Of a DNA stretch of 64,000 nt, positions 28,038-37,478 are shown one piece after another. Each line of letters begins with the position of its first letter. The stretch's first letter is position 1. Below the pieces are notes generated by a model. The model did no database searches and was not told the origin of the DNA. It saw nothing but the letters and a program-made list of their open reading frames with translations. Where the stretch lies: positions 17,046 through 81,045 of the forward strand of contig CAZRBB010000003.1 in NCBI GenBank assembly GCA_964598205.1. Reading direction: 5' to 3'. A program made the position numbers and the translations under genes. Source of the DNA: an uncultured Candidatus Saccharibacteria bacterium (GTDB taxonomy: Bacteria > Patescibacteriota > Minisyncoccia > CAIUEV01 > JAHKAQ01).

Positions 28038-30794
28038 ATGAACACAAAAAAAAATAAAGCTTTTTGGTTAGTGGGGGTCTTTTTTGTGTGTTTTATTTTT
28101 TGGGGATTCTTTTTTCCAGAAGCAGCTCATGCTGGGATATGGGGGGAATGGCTTAAAGAAAAGCTTGGAGCTATAGCTTGGGAAACATTTGGTCTTCTTT
28201 TGGTTAAGCTTCCGATGACGCTTTGTTTGATCTTTGCCTGGCTAGCAGAATTTATTTTTTGGGTTCTTTTTGAAATTGCCACTGTAGCGGTTAATAAGTT
28301 TTTTGATCCAACTTTTTATAAAGATGAATTACAAGGGTTTGTTACCAATCCGGTAGTGCAAAGTGGCTGGAGCTTAATTGTAGGATTGGTAAATTTGTTT
28401 TTTGTAATTGTGCTTTTGTTTGTTGGCGTAGGAACACTGCTCCGTGTAGAAAAATACGACTATAAAAAATTACTAATTAAACTAGCTATTTGTGCGCTTT
28501 TAACCAATTTTAGCCTTCTCTTTGCTGGTATTATTCTAGACTTGACCCATGTGATTATGTTTTCTGATCTCTTTGGAAATCCGATTGCTATTTTGTCTGG
28601 CGCTGTTCGAGATTTGCTTTGGGATGGGTTTACTAAAATCCCTATACGACTTTTGAAATTAATTGGGGCGGATGATTTTGAAGAAGCTGCTGGACTTTCT
28701 ATGGGAGTATTTATGGAAGCAATCTTTGTGGCTTCGGCCGCCATGGTTATTATTGCCACCGCCTTTTTCCTTTTGCTTAGAGTGGTGGCTCTTTGGTTGC
28801 TCTTGGTACTTTCTCCTTTTGCTTATATTGCCCTGGTCCTGCCGGATACCAAAAATATTGCTGACCGATGGTGGAGTGCCTTTTTGAAGTATGCCTTTTT
28901 AGGACCAATACTTTTTTTCTTTGTTTGGTTTGCCGCTCAAATGACCCAAAAAGTAATTTTGTCTGTAGAGTTTACAAAAAGCAATGTACCTCAAGAACAA
29001 AACATTGCCTTAAACAAAGGACCTTCTTGGACAAATCCCGAAAAAGCCTTGGGAGATTCAAAGGCTATTGTTCAACAAAAAAAGGTTGAACTGGGAAGTT
29101 TATGGATAAAATTGACCCTTATTACGGTTTTGCTTTGGGGAGGGTTGCTCGCCGCATCTTCTATGGGAGTAGTCGCCGCCGGAGCAGTAATGGGAGCGGC
29201 GAAGATGGCGATGACGGGCGCAGCTGTTTTTACTACAATGGGGGCAGGTTCCGCCGCTCTTCGTTTTGCTAGAAAGAGATCCGAGGCTCGATCCGAAAAG
29301 CAAGGATTAAGAGCAGGTGAGGCGCGAACACAGTTGGCGGGCATGAGCCCAAACACCGAAGCATACACACAAAAACAACAAGAGATAGAACAGCTATCTG
29401 CTTCCGAATCTAAATGGAAAAAAACATCTCAAGGTCTTCGTTATGCCAATGCTTTTAATCCAATAAAAGTGGCTCGATCAATGTGGGCAGTCGCCAAAGT
29501 GTCTCGTAAACAAGAAGAAGTGGATGATGCTCAAGCTTTAGCAGGAACAGCCGGTCAGGTCTGGGATTCCATTACCGGAAAAACAAATATCAGAAGAAAT
29601 ATTGTTGAAGGGCAGGTTCAAAACGAAAGAAATGCGCAAAGAGAAAATGCAAAAGCTGTTGCTTTAAAGGGTGGGCTAGACATTGATGGCGTCGACATTG
29701 ATGACGCCGATATTGAAAACCAAATAGTGGCAATGGAAGATAATTTAAAGCTAACTTTAGGCATAGAACCAGAAGGAGATCTTAATTTAGGGCAGGCCGA
29801 GCAAACATTGATTAATAAGATCAGAGAACAAGAAATTGCTGTTGAAAAAAGCCAAACAGACGAAGAAAAACAAGGCAATCAAGAACAATTGGAATCATCT
29901 CGAGGCGATTTGTCTAAAGTAAGGGCTCTTGCGGCGTACACCGATCTTAATGAGGGCTTGGCAGAAAGCGAAGATCAGCAACATATTGCAGCAGCAAGAT
30001 CTTCGGTGGATCGTACTCGTTGGCAGGATACTTTTAATTATGACGCCGTTGATGACAAAAAAGTACAGGAAGCAACCAAAGGTCTAGAGTATATGGAAAC
30101 GGCCGAACTCATTTCTCTTTTCGCCTCTGCCGATGAAAGCAAGAGAGAGGCAATTGTTCTAAAGATTCAGGCTAATACAGATATGAACGATCTCCTTACA
30201 AAAAATGGTTACAATACCACACAGCACAATGAGTTCTTTAAAGATAACTTTTCCGAAAGAAGATCCGTTCGGTTGGCAGCTAGAGCTCAAGCAATTGGAG
30301 AACGAACCCGCGATTACAACAGTACTGAGTTTTTGGAATACGACCCCAAGGCCGGTAGAATGAGGTTAATTGAAGATAACGAAAAACGACAAAGGAAAAT
30401 ATTTAAAAAGACTCAAAAGGTTAGCTCGCGCGATTATGTTTCCAATCTTGGAGAAGATAATGTGCTTGCTAGGACCAAAGATGGTCGCCGTACACCCCTT
30501 CCTTACGCCGAAGATCTTTATGACCGCCTAGCAAACCAAGGCGTAGAAGCAGCTCACTTATTAAAACCAAGAGTTTTAGTCTACCTTAAAGAATCACAAG
30601 AGAATATAAAAAACAAAGTTCCGGGCTGGACAAATATTAGCGACAAAGCAAAGGAGAACTTGGATAAGTTCATAAAGGATGTAGAGCTTGCTCAAGCTTC
30701 AAGATTTAAAGCTGGTAAGAGTGGGCTGTCCAGCGCTACGAAAAAACCACAAGATGATCAAAACATTGTCCATCCTGGAGGTGGCAATATCTAG
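28038..30794 (+). CDS. VirB6/TrbL-like polytopic membrane protein with long C-terminal helical domain
   Basis: LLTNFS, RVVALWLLLVLSPFAY...LP...WW pattern; upstream of PrgI/VirB4. Confidence 0.7.
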   Translation: MNTKKNKAFWLVGVFFVCFIFWGFFFPEAAHAGIWGEWLKEKLGAIAWETFGLLLVKLPMTLCLIFAWLAEFIFWVLFEIATVAVNKFFDPTFYKDELQGFVTNPVVQSGWSLIVGLVNLFFVIVLLFVGVGTLLRVEKYDYKKLLIKLAICALLTNFSLLFAGIILDLTHVIMFSDLFGNPIAILSGAVRDLLWDGFTKIPIRLLKLIGADDFEEAAGLSMGVFMEAIFVASAAMVIIATAFFLLLRVVALWLLLVLSPFAYIALVLPDTKNIADRWWSAFLKYAFLGPILFFFVWFAAQMTQKVILSVEFTKSNVPQEQNIALNKGPSWTNPEKALGDSKAIVQQKKVELGSLWIKLTLITVLLWGGLLAASSMGVVAAGAVMGAAKMAMTGAAVFTTMGAGSAALRFARKRSEARSEKQGLRAGEARTQLAGMSPNTEAYTQKQQEIEQLSASESKWKKTSQGLRYANAFNPIKVARSMWAVAKVSRKQEEVDDAQALAGTAGQVWDSITGKTNIRRNIVEGQVQNERNAQRENAKAVALKGGLDIDGVDIDDADIENQIVAMEDNLKLTLGIEPEGDLNLGQAEQTLINKIREQEIAVEKSQTDEEKQGNQEQLESSRGDLSKVRALAAYTDLNEGLAESEDQQHIAAARSSVDRTRWQDTFNYDAVDDKKVQEATKGLEYMETAELISLFASADESKREAIVLKIQANTDMNDLLTKNGYNTTQHNEFFKDNFSERRSVRLAARAQAIGERTRDYNSTEFLEYDPKAGRMRLIEDNEKRQRKIFKKTQKVSSRDYVSNLGEDNVLARTKDGRRTPLPYAEDLYDRLANQGVEAAHLLKPRVLVYLKESQENIKNKVPGWTNISDKAKENLDKFIKDVELAQASRFKAGKSGLSSATKKPQDDQNIVHPGGGNI

Positions 30795-30841
30795 TTATCT
30801 ATTCGGGACCAGGCCCAAGACCAAAATAAAACAGAAAAAGC

Positions 30842-31918
30842 ATGAACTATAACGAAAAAGAAAATTTAAAAAGAGGGCTGATTGAAGAAGCAAGGGGTGT
30901 TTGGGAAACTCAACAAACCGGAGAGGCTTTGACGGTTTTGAAAAACTTAGAAGAGGATCTTTGGAGGGAAGTTTTTACAGAAAAAGAACTGGCTGTTTTA
31001 AGGATAAGGATGAACTGGGTTGCTTTTCCTGTAATTCCAGAAAAAGAACAAATGAAGCTTATTGCTGAGCACTTACTTTTGCCTCTTTACGATGGAGGTT
31101 TTGATCTTAAGAAACCTTTTGAAATAAAGCAGTTGCTTACACCGATTAGTATTTGGCCAGACGAAACCGTTCCCAAGCTAATTGAAACATTTTTACAAAA
31201 CCAAGAAAAAATAGGCGATCAACCAAGGAAAACAAAGACCGGAAAAGAAGTTTTGCCTACTATAGAATTTTGGCTGAAGGACTACTTAGATGAATATGGC
31301 ATGGACAAACAAGAAAGCGTAGCGATTATGCACTATCTTAGTCAATCAGAAAATGTTAACACCTTGAACAATAAAGAAAAAGAAGTCCTAAAGAGATTGC
31401 TTCTTTTGTTTGAATCAATAAAAGTTTTTTCTATTGATCAAATTTTTAGGGAGGTGCAAAAAATTGCCATCAAAGAAAATCAGGCCAATGCTGGTGCTCG
31501 TCCTTCTTTGCCACAACCCACAAAACAACCGACTACCCCTTTTGTTTTTAGCCAAAGAAGTGCTCCTTCTTTAGAAAAAACAGAGACAAGTGGTGACTTA
31601 ATAGCAAAGCGCACAATAAAACAGGCACTGGAATCAAGGCCTCAAATAGCTGCTCAGGAAATAACTAGTCAACCGGTTCTTCTTTTGGGGAAACAAGATC
31701 CAGTAAGGCCTACTGTTCAAAACTGGTTATTAGACTACCGAAGTCGTTTTGGAATTTCTGAGCACACCGCAGAAGACCAAAAATCTTTTATTGAAAAGTC
31801 TCCAAATACTAAAAACCTATCGGAACAAGAGAGGCAAAGAGTCTTTTTAGTGATCGACTCTTACGATAACGATTCCCTTCTTAATGTTTCTGAGACCAAT
31901 AAAAGACTTTTATTTTAA
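30842..31918 (+). CDS. Hypothetical soluble protein with internal duplicated domain
   Basis: PTIEFWLKDY...SENVNTLNNKEK and PTVQNWLLDY...SPNTKNLSEQER. Confidence 0.75.
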   Translation: MNYNEKENLKRGLIEEARGVWETQQTGEALTVLKNLEEDLWREVFTEKELAVLRIRMNWVAFPVIPEKEQMKLIAEHLLLPLYDGGFDLKKPFEIKQLLTPISIWPDETVPKLIETFLQNQEKIGDQPRKTKTGKEVLPTIEFWLKDYLDEYGMDKQESVAIMHYLSQSENVNTLNNKEKEVLKRLLLLFESIKVFSIDQIFREVQKIAIKENQANAGARPSLPQPTKQPTTPFVFSQRSAPSLEKTETSGDLIAKRTIKQALESRPQIAAQEITSQPVLLLGKQDPVRPTVQNWLLDYRSRFGISEHTAEDQKSFIEKSPNTKNLSEQERQRVFLVIDSYDNDSLLNVSETNKRLLF

Positions 31919-32316
31919 TGAGATTCAAGGTTCCCCAAAATATTGACATTGAAGACAAGATTGTTGGTCCCTTAACGGGAAAACAGTTCCTTTGGCTTTT
32001 AGGAGGAGCAGTTATTATGCTTCTTATTTGGAGGTTGGTAGACTTTTCTTTGTTTATTGCTTTTTCTGTTGTAATAATGGGAACAATGTGTGCTTTTGCT
32101 TTTATTCGACCCTACCAACAAAACATGATTGTTTTTTTGGGGAACATCTTTCTTTATTCCAGCAAGGGAAAGCAGTTTCTTTGGAAAAAAGAAGTCGGTC
32201 CAGTAGAAAAACGACTTTCTAGGAAACCAGAGGAAGAAATTATTATTGTTAAAAAGTCTTTTTCTTACAAAGAAGCAGAGAAGCTAGCAAAAACATTGGA
32301 CAGCCAAGAAAAATAA
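31918..32316 (+). CDS. PrgI-family (VirB3-like) protein
   Basis: FKVPQNIDIEDKIVGPLTGKQF followed by two TMs. Confidence 0.85.
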   Translation: MRFKVPQNIDIEDKIVGPLTGKQFLWLLGGAVIMLLIWRLVDFSLFIAFSVVIMGTMCAFAFIRPYQQNMIVFLGNIFLYSSKGKQFLWKKEVGPVEKRLSRKPEEEIIIVKKSFSYKEAEKLAKTLDSQEK

Positions 32317-32321
32317 AAAAA

Positions 32322-33026
32322 ATGCAAGAAAGTCTAAATGCAAAAAAATTAATAAGGAACAACATTCAAAGTGCTAGCACCCAGCAGTTTTTGGATATCA
32401 ACGAAATAAAAGATGGGGTAGTGATTTTAAAAAATGGGGCACTGAGATCTGTTTTAATGGTTTCTTCTATTAATTTTGATTTAAAATCAATAGAAGAGCA
32501 GGATGCGATTATTTACCAATATCAAAGCTTTCTTAATTCTCTTGACTTCCCAATCCAAATTCTTATCAGCTCCAGAAGAATAAATTTAAAGAAATACATT
32601 GAAAGTTTGCAAGAAATTTCCAGAAAACAAACAAACGAACTGCTCCACATGCAAACAGAAGATTATATTCAATATGTTTCTTCTATGGTTACGGTTACCA
32701 ATATTGTGAATAAAACTTTTTACATTGTTGTTCCTTTTTCGCCAGTAGAAAACCAAAAAAGCGGAGTGGCAGATAAGTTCTTTGGTTTTTTTACTCCTAA
32801 AAAAACAGAGGACATAGAGAAGCAAAAAGGGTTTGTGGTTTATAAAAATCAGCTTTGGCAAAGAGTAGAACAGGTTCAGTATGGATTGAGCGGAGCAGGA
32901 ATTAGAATGGTTGCACTAGGAACTCAGGAACTAGTAGAGCTTTACTATTCAATGTATAATCCGGGATCTATTGAAAGACTGGAGCTAGCTCCAATAGAGG
33001 AGATGGCTATTAATACTTCTTTTTAA
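32322..33026 (+). CDS. VirB4-associated protein (TraC/VirB4 N-terminal-like)
   Basis: STQQFLDI, SSINFDLKS, FLNSLDFPIQI; between PrgI and VirB4. Confidence 0.7.
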   Translation: MQESLNAKKLIRNNIQSASTQQFLDINEIKDGVVILKNGALRSVLMVSSINFDLKSIEEQDAIIYQYQSFLNSLDFPIQILISSRRINLKKYIESLQEISRKQTNELLHMQTEDYIQYVSSMVTVTNIVNKTFYIVVPFSPVENQKSGVADKFFGFFTPKKTEDIEKQKGFVVYKNQLWQRVEQVQYGLSGAGIRMVALGTQELVELYYSMYNPGSIERLELAPIEEMAINTSF

Positions 33027-33032
33027 CTTATT

Positions 33033-34838
33033 ATGTCTTTCTTTTTTTCAAAAAATAAAAACAACAAAACGCCGAATAGTGGCGAACGAGAATATCAAAA
33101 CGAGGTTATAACGATTAGAGACTTAATTGCACCGGCTTCTTTTTATGTAACGCCTTCGTCTCTGCGAGTTGGGGAGAAGCTGGTCAAAACAATTTTTATT
33201 ATTACTTATCCTCGCTATTTACAAACCGGCTGGTTTTCTTCGGTTATCAATCTGGATAAAATGCTAGATGTTTCCATGTTTATTCATCCCATTGATACAA
33301 ATGTTATTTTAAAATCTTTGCGTAAAACTGCAACACAAGTTCAATCTAGAATGACTATGGAGTCTCAGTCTGGAAAAATCAGAGATCCAATCCTAGAAAC
33401 ATCCCTTAACGACATTGAAGAACTAAGAGATCGTTTACAACAGGGGACGGAAAGATTTTTTCGTTTTGGTGTTTACATTACTATTTATGGAAACTCTCCC
33501 AAAGAGCTAGAAGATTTAAGCGCTTCGATTGAGTCTTCTATGGAGGCTCGTTTAATTTATTTAAAGCCCGCCGTTTTTAGAATGGAGCAAGGATTCGCTT
33601 CCACTCTGCCCATTGCTAACGACGAACTAGACGCTTCTACAAACCTCAACACTTCCCCGCTTTCTACTTCTTTCCCTTTTACCTCTTCCAATTTAAGCTC
33701 TAACGATGGAATTCTTTACGGGATAAATCGACACAACAACAGTTTGATTCTTTTTGATCGATTTAAAATGGAGAACGCGAACATGGTAGTTTTTGCTAAA
33801 TCGGGCGCAGGTAAGTCTTATTTTACAAAACTAGAAATTGTTCGCTCTTTAATGATGGGAGCGCAGGTAATTGTGATTGATCCAGAAAATGAATATAAAC
33901 ACCTTTGCGAGGCCGTGGGAGGGTCTTTTATTAAGATCTCCCTAAACTCCCCCAATCATATAAATCCTTTTGACCTGCCAGTACTTCAAGAAGATGAGAG
34001 CCCTGAAGATGTTTTGCGAGGTAATATTGCTAATCTTTTAGGATTAACAAGAATTATTTTGGGAAACATTACCCCTGAAGAAGATTCTATTTTAGATAAA
34101 GCAATTAAAGAAGCTTACGCGGCCAAAGATATTACCCCTGACTCTCCTGAGTTCCAAGCAACATCACAAGACCCCCCAACAATGTCTCTCCTTTATGAGG
34201 TCCTAAGAAACATGAGTGGCGGAGAAGACTTGGCCACTAGGCTTGAAAAATATACAGAAGGAACCTTTGCCGGATTCTTAAACAAGCCAACAAATGTTCG
34301 AATTGATACCCAGCTGGTTGTTTTTAATATCCGAGACATGGAAGAAATCTTGCGACCAGTAGCAATGTATTTGGTTTTGCAGTTTATTTGGAACAGAATT
34401 CGCTCTGATATGCGAAAAAGACTTTTAATTGTTGACGAGGCCTGGATTATGATGGCCCATGAAGATGCTGGCGATTTTATGTTCCAAATAGCCAAACGGT
34501 GTCGAAAATACTACACTGGATTAACAACCATTACCCAAGATGTTACCGATTTTATAAATTCCCGCTACGGAAAACCCATTATTACAAACTCTTCTCTGCA
34601 GCTCCTACTAAAGCAATCTCCGGCTTCGGTTGATATTATTTCTGAAACCTTTTATCTTACAGAACAAGAGAAGTTTCTCCTTTTAGAAAGCTCAGTAGGA
34701 GAAGGGATTTTTTTTGCGGGACTAAAACATGCTGCAATCAAGGTGGTCGCTTCTTACACGGAAGATCAAATAATCACATCTAACCCGGCACAATTAATAG
34801 AAATTGCTAAAGCCAAAAAGGAGCTAACACTAAGCTAA
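33033..34838 (+). CDS. VirB4-like type IV secretion ATPase
   Basis: Walker A AKSGAGKS, VIDPENEY, INPFD, Walker B IVDEAW, RKY, ITQD. Confidence 0.92.
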   Translation: MSFFFSKNKNNKTPNSGEREYQNEVITIRDLIAPASFYVTPSSLRVGEKLVKTIFIITYPRYLQTGWFSSVINLDKMLDVSMFIHPIDTNVILKSLRKTATQVQSRMTMESQSGKIRDPILETSLNDIEELRDRLQQGTERFFRFGVYITIYGNSPKELEDLSASIESSMEARLIYLKPAVFRMEQGFASTLPIANDELDASTNLNTSPLSTSFPFTSSNLSSNDGILYGINRHNNSLILFDRFKMENANMVVFAKSGAGKSYFTKLEIVRSLMMGAQVIVIDPENEYKHLCEAVGGSFIKISLNSPNHINPFDLPVLQEDESPEDVLRGNIANLLGLTRIILGNITPEEDSILDKAIKEAYAAKDITPDSPEFQATSQDPPTMSLLYEVLRNMSGGEDLATRLEKYTEGTFAGFLNKPTNVRIDTQLVVFNIRDMEEILRPVAMYLVLQFIWNRIRSDMRKRLLIVDEAWIMMAHEDAGDFMFQIAKRCRKYYTGLTTITQDVTDFINSRYGKPIITNSSLQLLLKQSPASVDIISETFYLTEQEKFLLLESSVGEGIFFAGLKHAAIKVVASYTEDQIITSNPAQLIEIAKAKKELTLS

Positions 34839-34842
34839 AAAA

Positions 34843-35253
34843 ATGGAAAACATTAGTAAAAAAAAGATTTTTTTCTTTCTCCTGCTGCTCTTTCTTCTTG
34901 TTGTGCCAGTTATTGCTTCTTATGCCAAGTGGGATTTAGAGATTGATATTCCCGTGGATGGCGCTACCGATACTATCCCTGGATATGTTAACAAGATATA
35001 CAAGTTTGTTGTTACGGTTATTGGAATTTTGGGCGCCGGAATGTTTATGATTGGAGGGTTTCAGTATCTTGTTTCTGCCGGCAATACTTCTTCTGTGGGG
35101 CACGCCAAAGAAACTATTTTTGCTGCTCTTGCTGGACTAATCATTGTTTTTGCCTCTTTTCTTCTTTTGCGAATAATCAATAAAGAATTAACAGACCTAT
35201 CTAATCCAACAACACTAAAGGAGTCTTCTTATTTTTTGGCTCTGTTGCCCTAG
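34843..35253 (+). CDS. VirB2/TrbC-like pilin
   Basis: Signal peptide, GGFQYLVSAGN...AKETI..ALAGLII hairpin. Confidence 0.8.
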   Translation: MENISKKKIFFFLLLLFLLVVPVIASYAKWDLEIDIPVDGATDTIPGYVNKIYKFVVTVIGILGAGMFMIGGFQYLVSAGNTSSVGHAKETIFAALAGLIIVFASFLLLRIINKELTDLSNPTTLKESSYFLALLP

Positions 35254-36667
35254 GGCGCTCCCTGTTCTCCTTTTCTACAAGACTAGAAAAAGCCAATAGA
35301 AGAAAAAATAAAGGCAATATAACTGGCGAATAAAGAGGCATTTCAAAAAAAGAGTGGATTAAAAACCAAACAAAAGAGCCCAAAAGACAAGCACTCAAAA
35401 GTGCTTCTTTTTTGTTGGAAAGAAACAATCCTCTTCTGAGTCCTTGAATAGCTACAAACAAGATGGCCATAAATAAACCGATTCCAATAATCCCTGTTTC
35501 TGCTAAGAGCTCTAAGTAAAGGTTGTGCGCATAAATTGGGTCTCTATATTCTGACAAAGAGTTGACCTCGTAAGAGAACGCTCCAAGACCAACTCCTAAA
35601 AGAGGATGTTCTTTGGAAATGGAAATGGCCTTGGCCCAAACAGCCAGCCGGCCCTGGTTAGAACCTTCTGACAAGTCGAACGAGCTTTTTAGACGACCCC
35701 CTATTGGACCAAGAAACAAAAGACCCGCAAGAATGGCGAAAAGAAAAAGATTTTTTGCTTTTTTTTGAATAGCTAAAATAACCACTGCAAGAAAAATTGC
35801 TCCTAAAAAACCAAGGTATCCTCCACGAGAAAAAGTTAAGGCTTCCGTAAAAACGCTTAAAATGACCGCAAATAAAAAAAACGCTTTCCTTTTTTTATTT
35901 TTTGAGTCAAAGAAAGAAAAAAGCTGAGCAGGCAGCGAAAAAGAAAGAAAAAAGCTGAGCATATGAGGATCAGGAAAAGGAAGAAACGCTCTTAGGAAGT
36001 CTTTTCCGGAAAGATCGACTAGCCAGCTAGGATTGTTTTTAACTGCTAAAGAAGCGGTGGTTCCCCAAAAAAAAGGACCAAAACGATCGGTGCACCAAGA
36101 GATAAGCGTTTTTGAGTCCACTAAAAATTGCAGAAGAAAAAAAGATAAAGCGAAAAAACAAACAACAGCTCCAGAAACTCCAAGAGCGGTAACTATTTTT
36201 TTTCTTAGAAGTAATCCTTTTTCCATTATTAGTCCATAAGCAACGAAAAAAATAGGGGCAATGGTTAGAAGAACCAATAATTTTCTTACTGTTCTTTCTG
36301 TAACGGGCGAGTAGAAAAGAGAAAGACAAGACCAGAAACAAAAAAGAATAATCAGAAAAGCAGTTTTATTTTTCGCCCAAACGGGTCGCCGGCCCCAACA
36401 GAAGCCCATGGCAAACACCCAAAATAAAGAGCATATAATTAAGCGACTAGAGGCAAGGTCTATTTCTGGCCCTAGGTTAAGAGCTGGTAGAAATGGCAAG
36501 AGGAAAATAAGAGAAACTAAGGAAAAAGAAAGGCTTAGAGAAAAAAAGAACAACGGTAAAGAAAAGATAATTATTTTTTCTTTGTAGCCAAACAGAAAGC
36601 CTAGCAAGACCGAAAAAGACAACCAGGAAGTTGCTTTAAAAAACTTACTTCTTTTTCCAATAAACAT
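35201..36667 (-). CDS. O-antigen ligase / Wzy_C family protein
   Basis: RAFLPFPDPH, TFSRGG, GVGLGAF, AHNLYLELLAETG. Confidence 0.88.
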   Translation of the reverse strand: MFIGKRSKFFKATSWLSFSVLLGFLFGYKEKIIIFSLPLFFFSLSLSFSLVSLIFLLPFLPALNLGPEIDLASSRLIICSLFWVFAMGFCWGRRPVWAKNKTAFLIILFCFWSCLSLFYSPVTERTVRKLLVLLTIAPIFFVAYGLIMEKGLLLRKKIVTALGVSGAVVCFFALSFFLLQFLVDSKTLISWCTDRFGPFFWGTTASLAVKNNPSWLVDLSGKDFLRAFLPFPDPHMLSFFLSFSLPAQLFSFFDSKNKKRKAFFLFAVILSVFTEALTFSRGGYLGFLGAIFLAVVILAIQKKAKNLFLFAILAGLLFLGPIGGRLKSSFDLSEGSNQGRLAVWAKAISISKEHPLLGVGLGAFSYEVNSLSEYRDPIYAHNLYLELLAETGIIGIGLFMAILFVAIQGLRRGLFLSNKKEALLSACLLGSFVWFLIHSFFEMPLYSPVILPLFFLLLAFSSLVEKENRERPRATEPKNKKTPLVLLD

Positions 36668-37475
36668 TTTTAAAATAAACAGGAAGCCGTAGAAAACAAA
36701 AAATCAAGCAAAACAATGCGTGGAAATGCTTTCTTAAAAACAAATCTTGCGACTGGTAATAGTAGCGCTTTCTCTTGGTAAAGGGAATTCTGCTTTTGCT
36801 TTCTAGGTGTTTAACAGAAACATCTTTTTCTATTAATAGCTGAACATTTTCTTCCTTTGCCCGAAAAGAAAAATCCTTGTCTTCAAAATAAAGAAAAAAG
36901 CCCGGATCAAAACCTTTTAGTTGCAAAAAAACTTCCTTTCTTATAAGAAAACAGGCGCCACTGAGCCAGTCAACTTCTCTTTCGGAATGCCCTGGCCGAC
37001 TAGAGCTGTTTATTGAGCTATTAAATTGTTTTTTTAAGAAAATCCGCTCTAAAAAACCAACTTGTCCAGAGGCATGTTTTTGTTTTGTGCCAGAAGAAGT
37101 GCTTAACAGGGGGGCGACAATGGTGGGGTATTTCTTTTGGCTTAGTCTTTTAAAAAGAATTTTGGCTTGACCAAAAGACAAGAAGCAGTCTGGATTAAGA
37201 AATAAGAGATTTTCTTGGATTGCCTTCTTAGCCGCTAGGTTACAGGCCCTTCCAAAGCCGATATTTTTTGAGCTTTTGATAATCTTAATGTTTTTGCACA
37301 GCTTTTCCCCTAAAATCGACGGCAAAGACTGTCTTTTGTTTCTTAGAAACTCTCCGTTGTCCACCACTAAAATTTCTGTCTGGCTATTTTCTTGCTTTTC
37401 TTCAATAAAAAACAAAATAGCCCTTTTTAGATTATGCGCTGAGTTATAATTAACAAAAATAACCGAGAGCTTCAT
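36645..37475 (-). CDS. GT2 glycosyltransferase
   Basis: VVDN, NIGFGRACN, FLNPD, WLSGAC, FLYFEDKD. Confidence 0.92.
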   Translation of the reverse strand: MKLSVIFVNYNSAHNLKRAILFFIEEKQENSQTEILVVDNGEFLRNKRQSLPSILGEKLCKNIKIIKSSKNIGFGRACNLAAKKAIQENLLFLNPDCFLSFGQAKILFKRLSQKKYPTIVAPLLSTSSGTKQKHASGQVGFLERIFLKKQFNSSINSSSRPGHSEREVDWLSGACFLIRKEVFLQLKGFDPGFFLYFEDKDFSFRAKEENVQLLIEKDVSVKHLESKSRIPFTKRKRYYYQSQDLFLRKHFHALFCLIFCFLRLPVYFKNVYWKKK

Positions 37476-37478
37476 TTT

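Noticed and set aside
25161-35253. T4SS cluster as an ICE integrated at tRNA-Gly
   Set aside because: rsmA lies between them; no integrase, relaxase or duplicated tRNA 3' end seen
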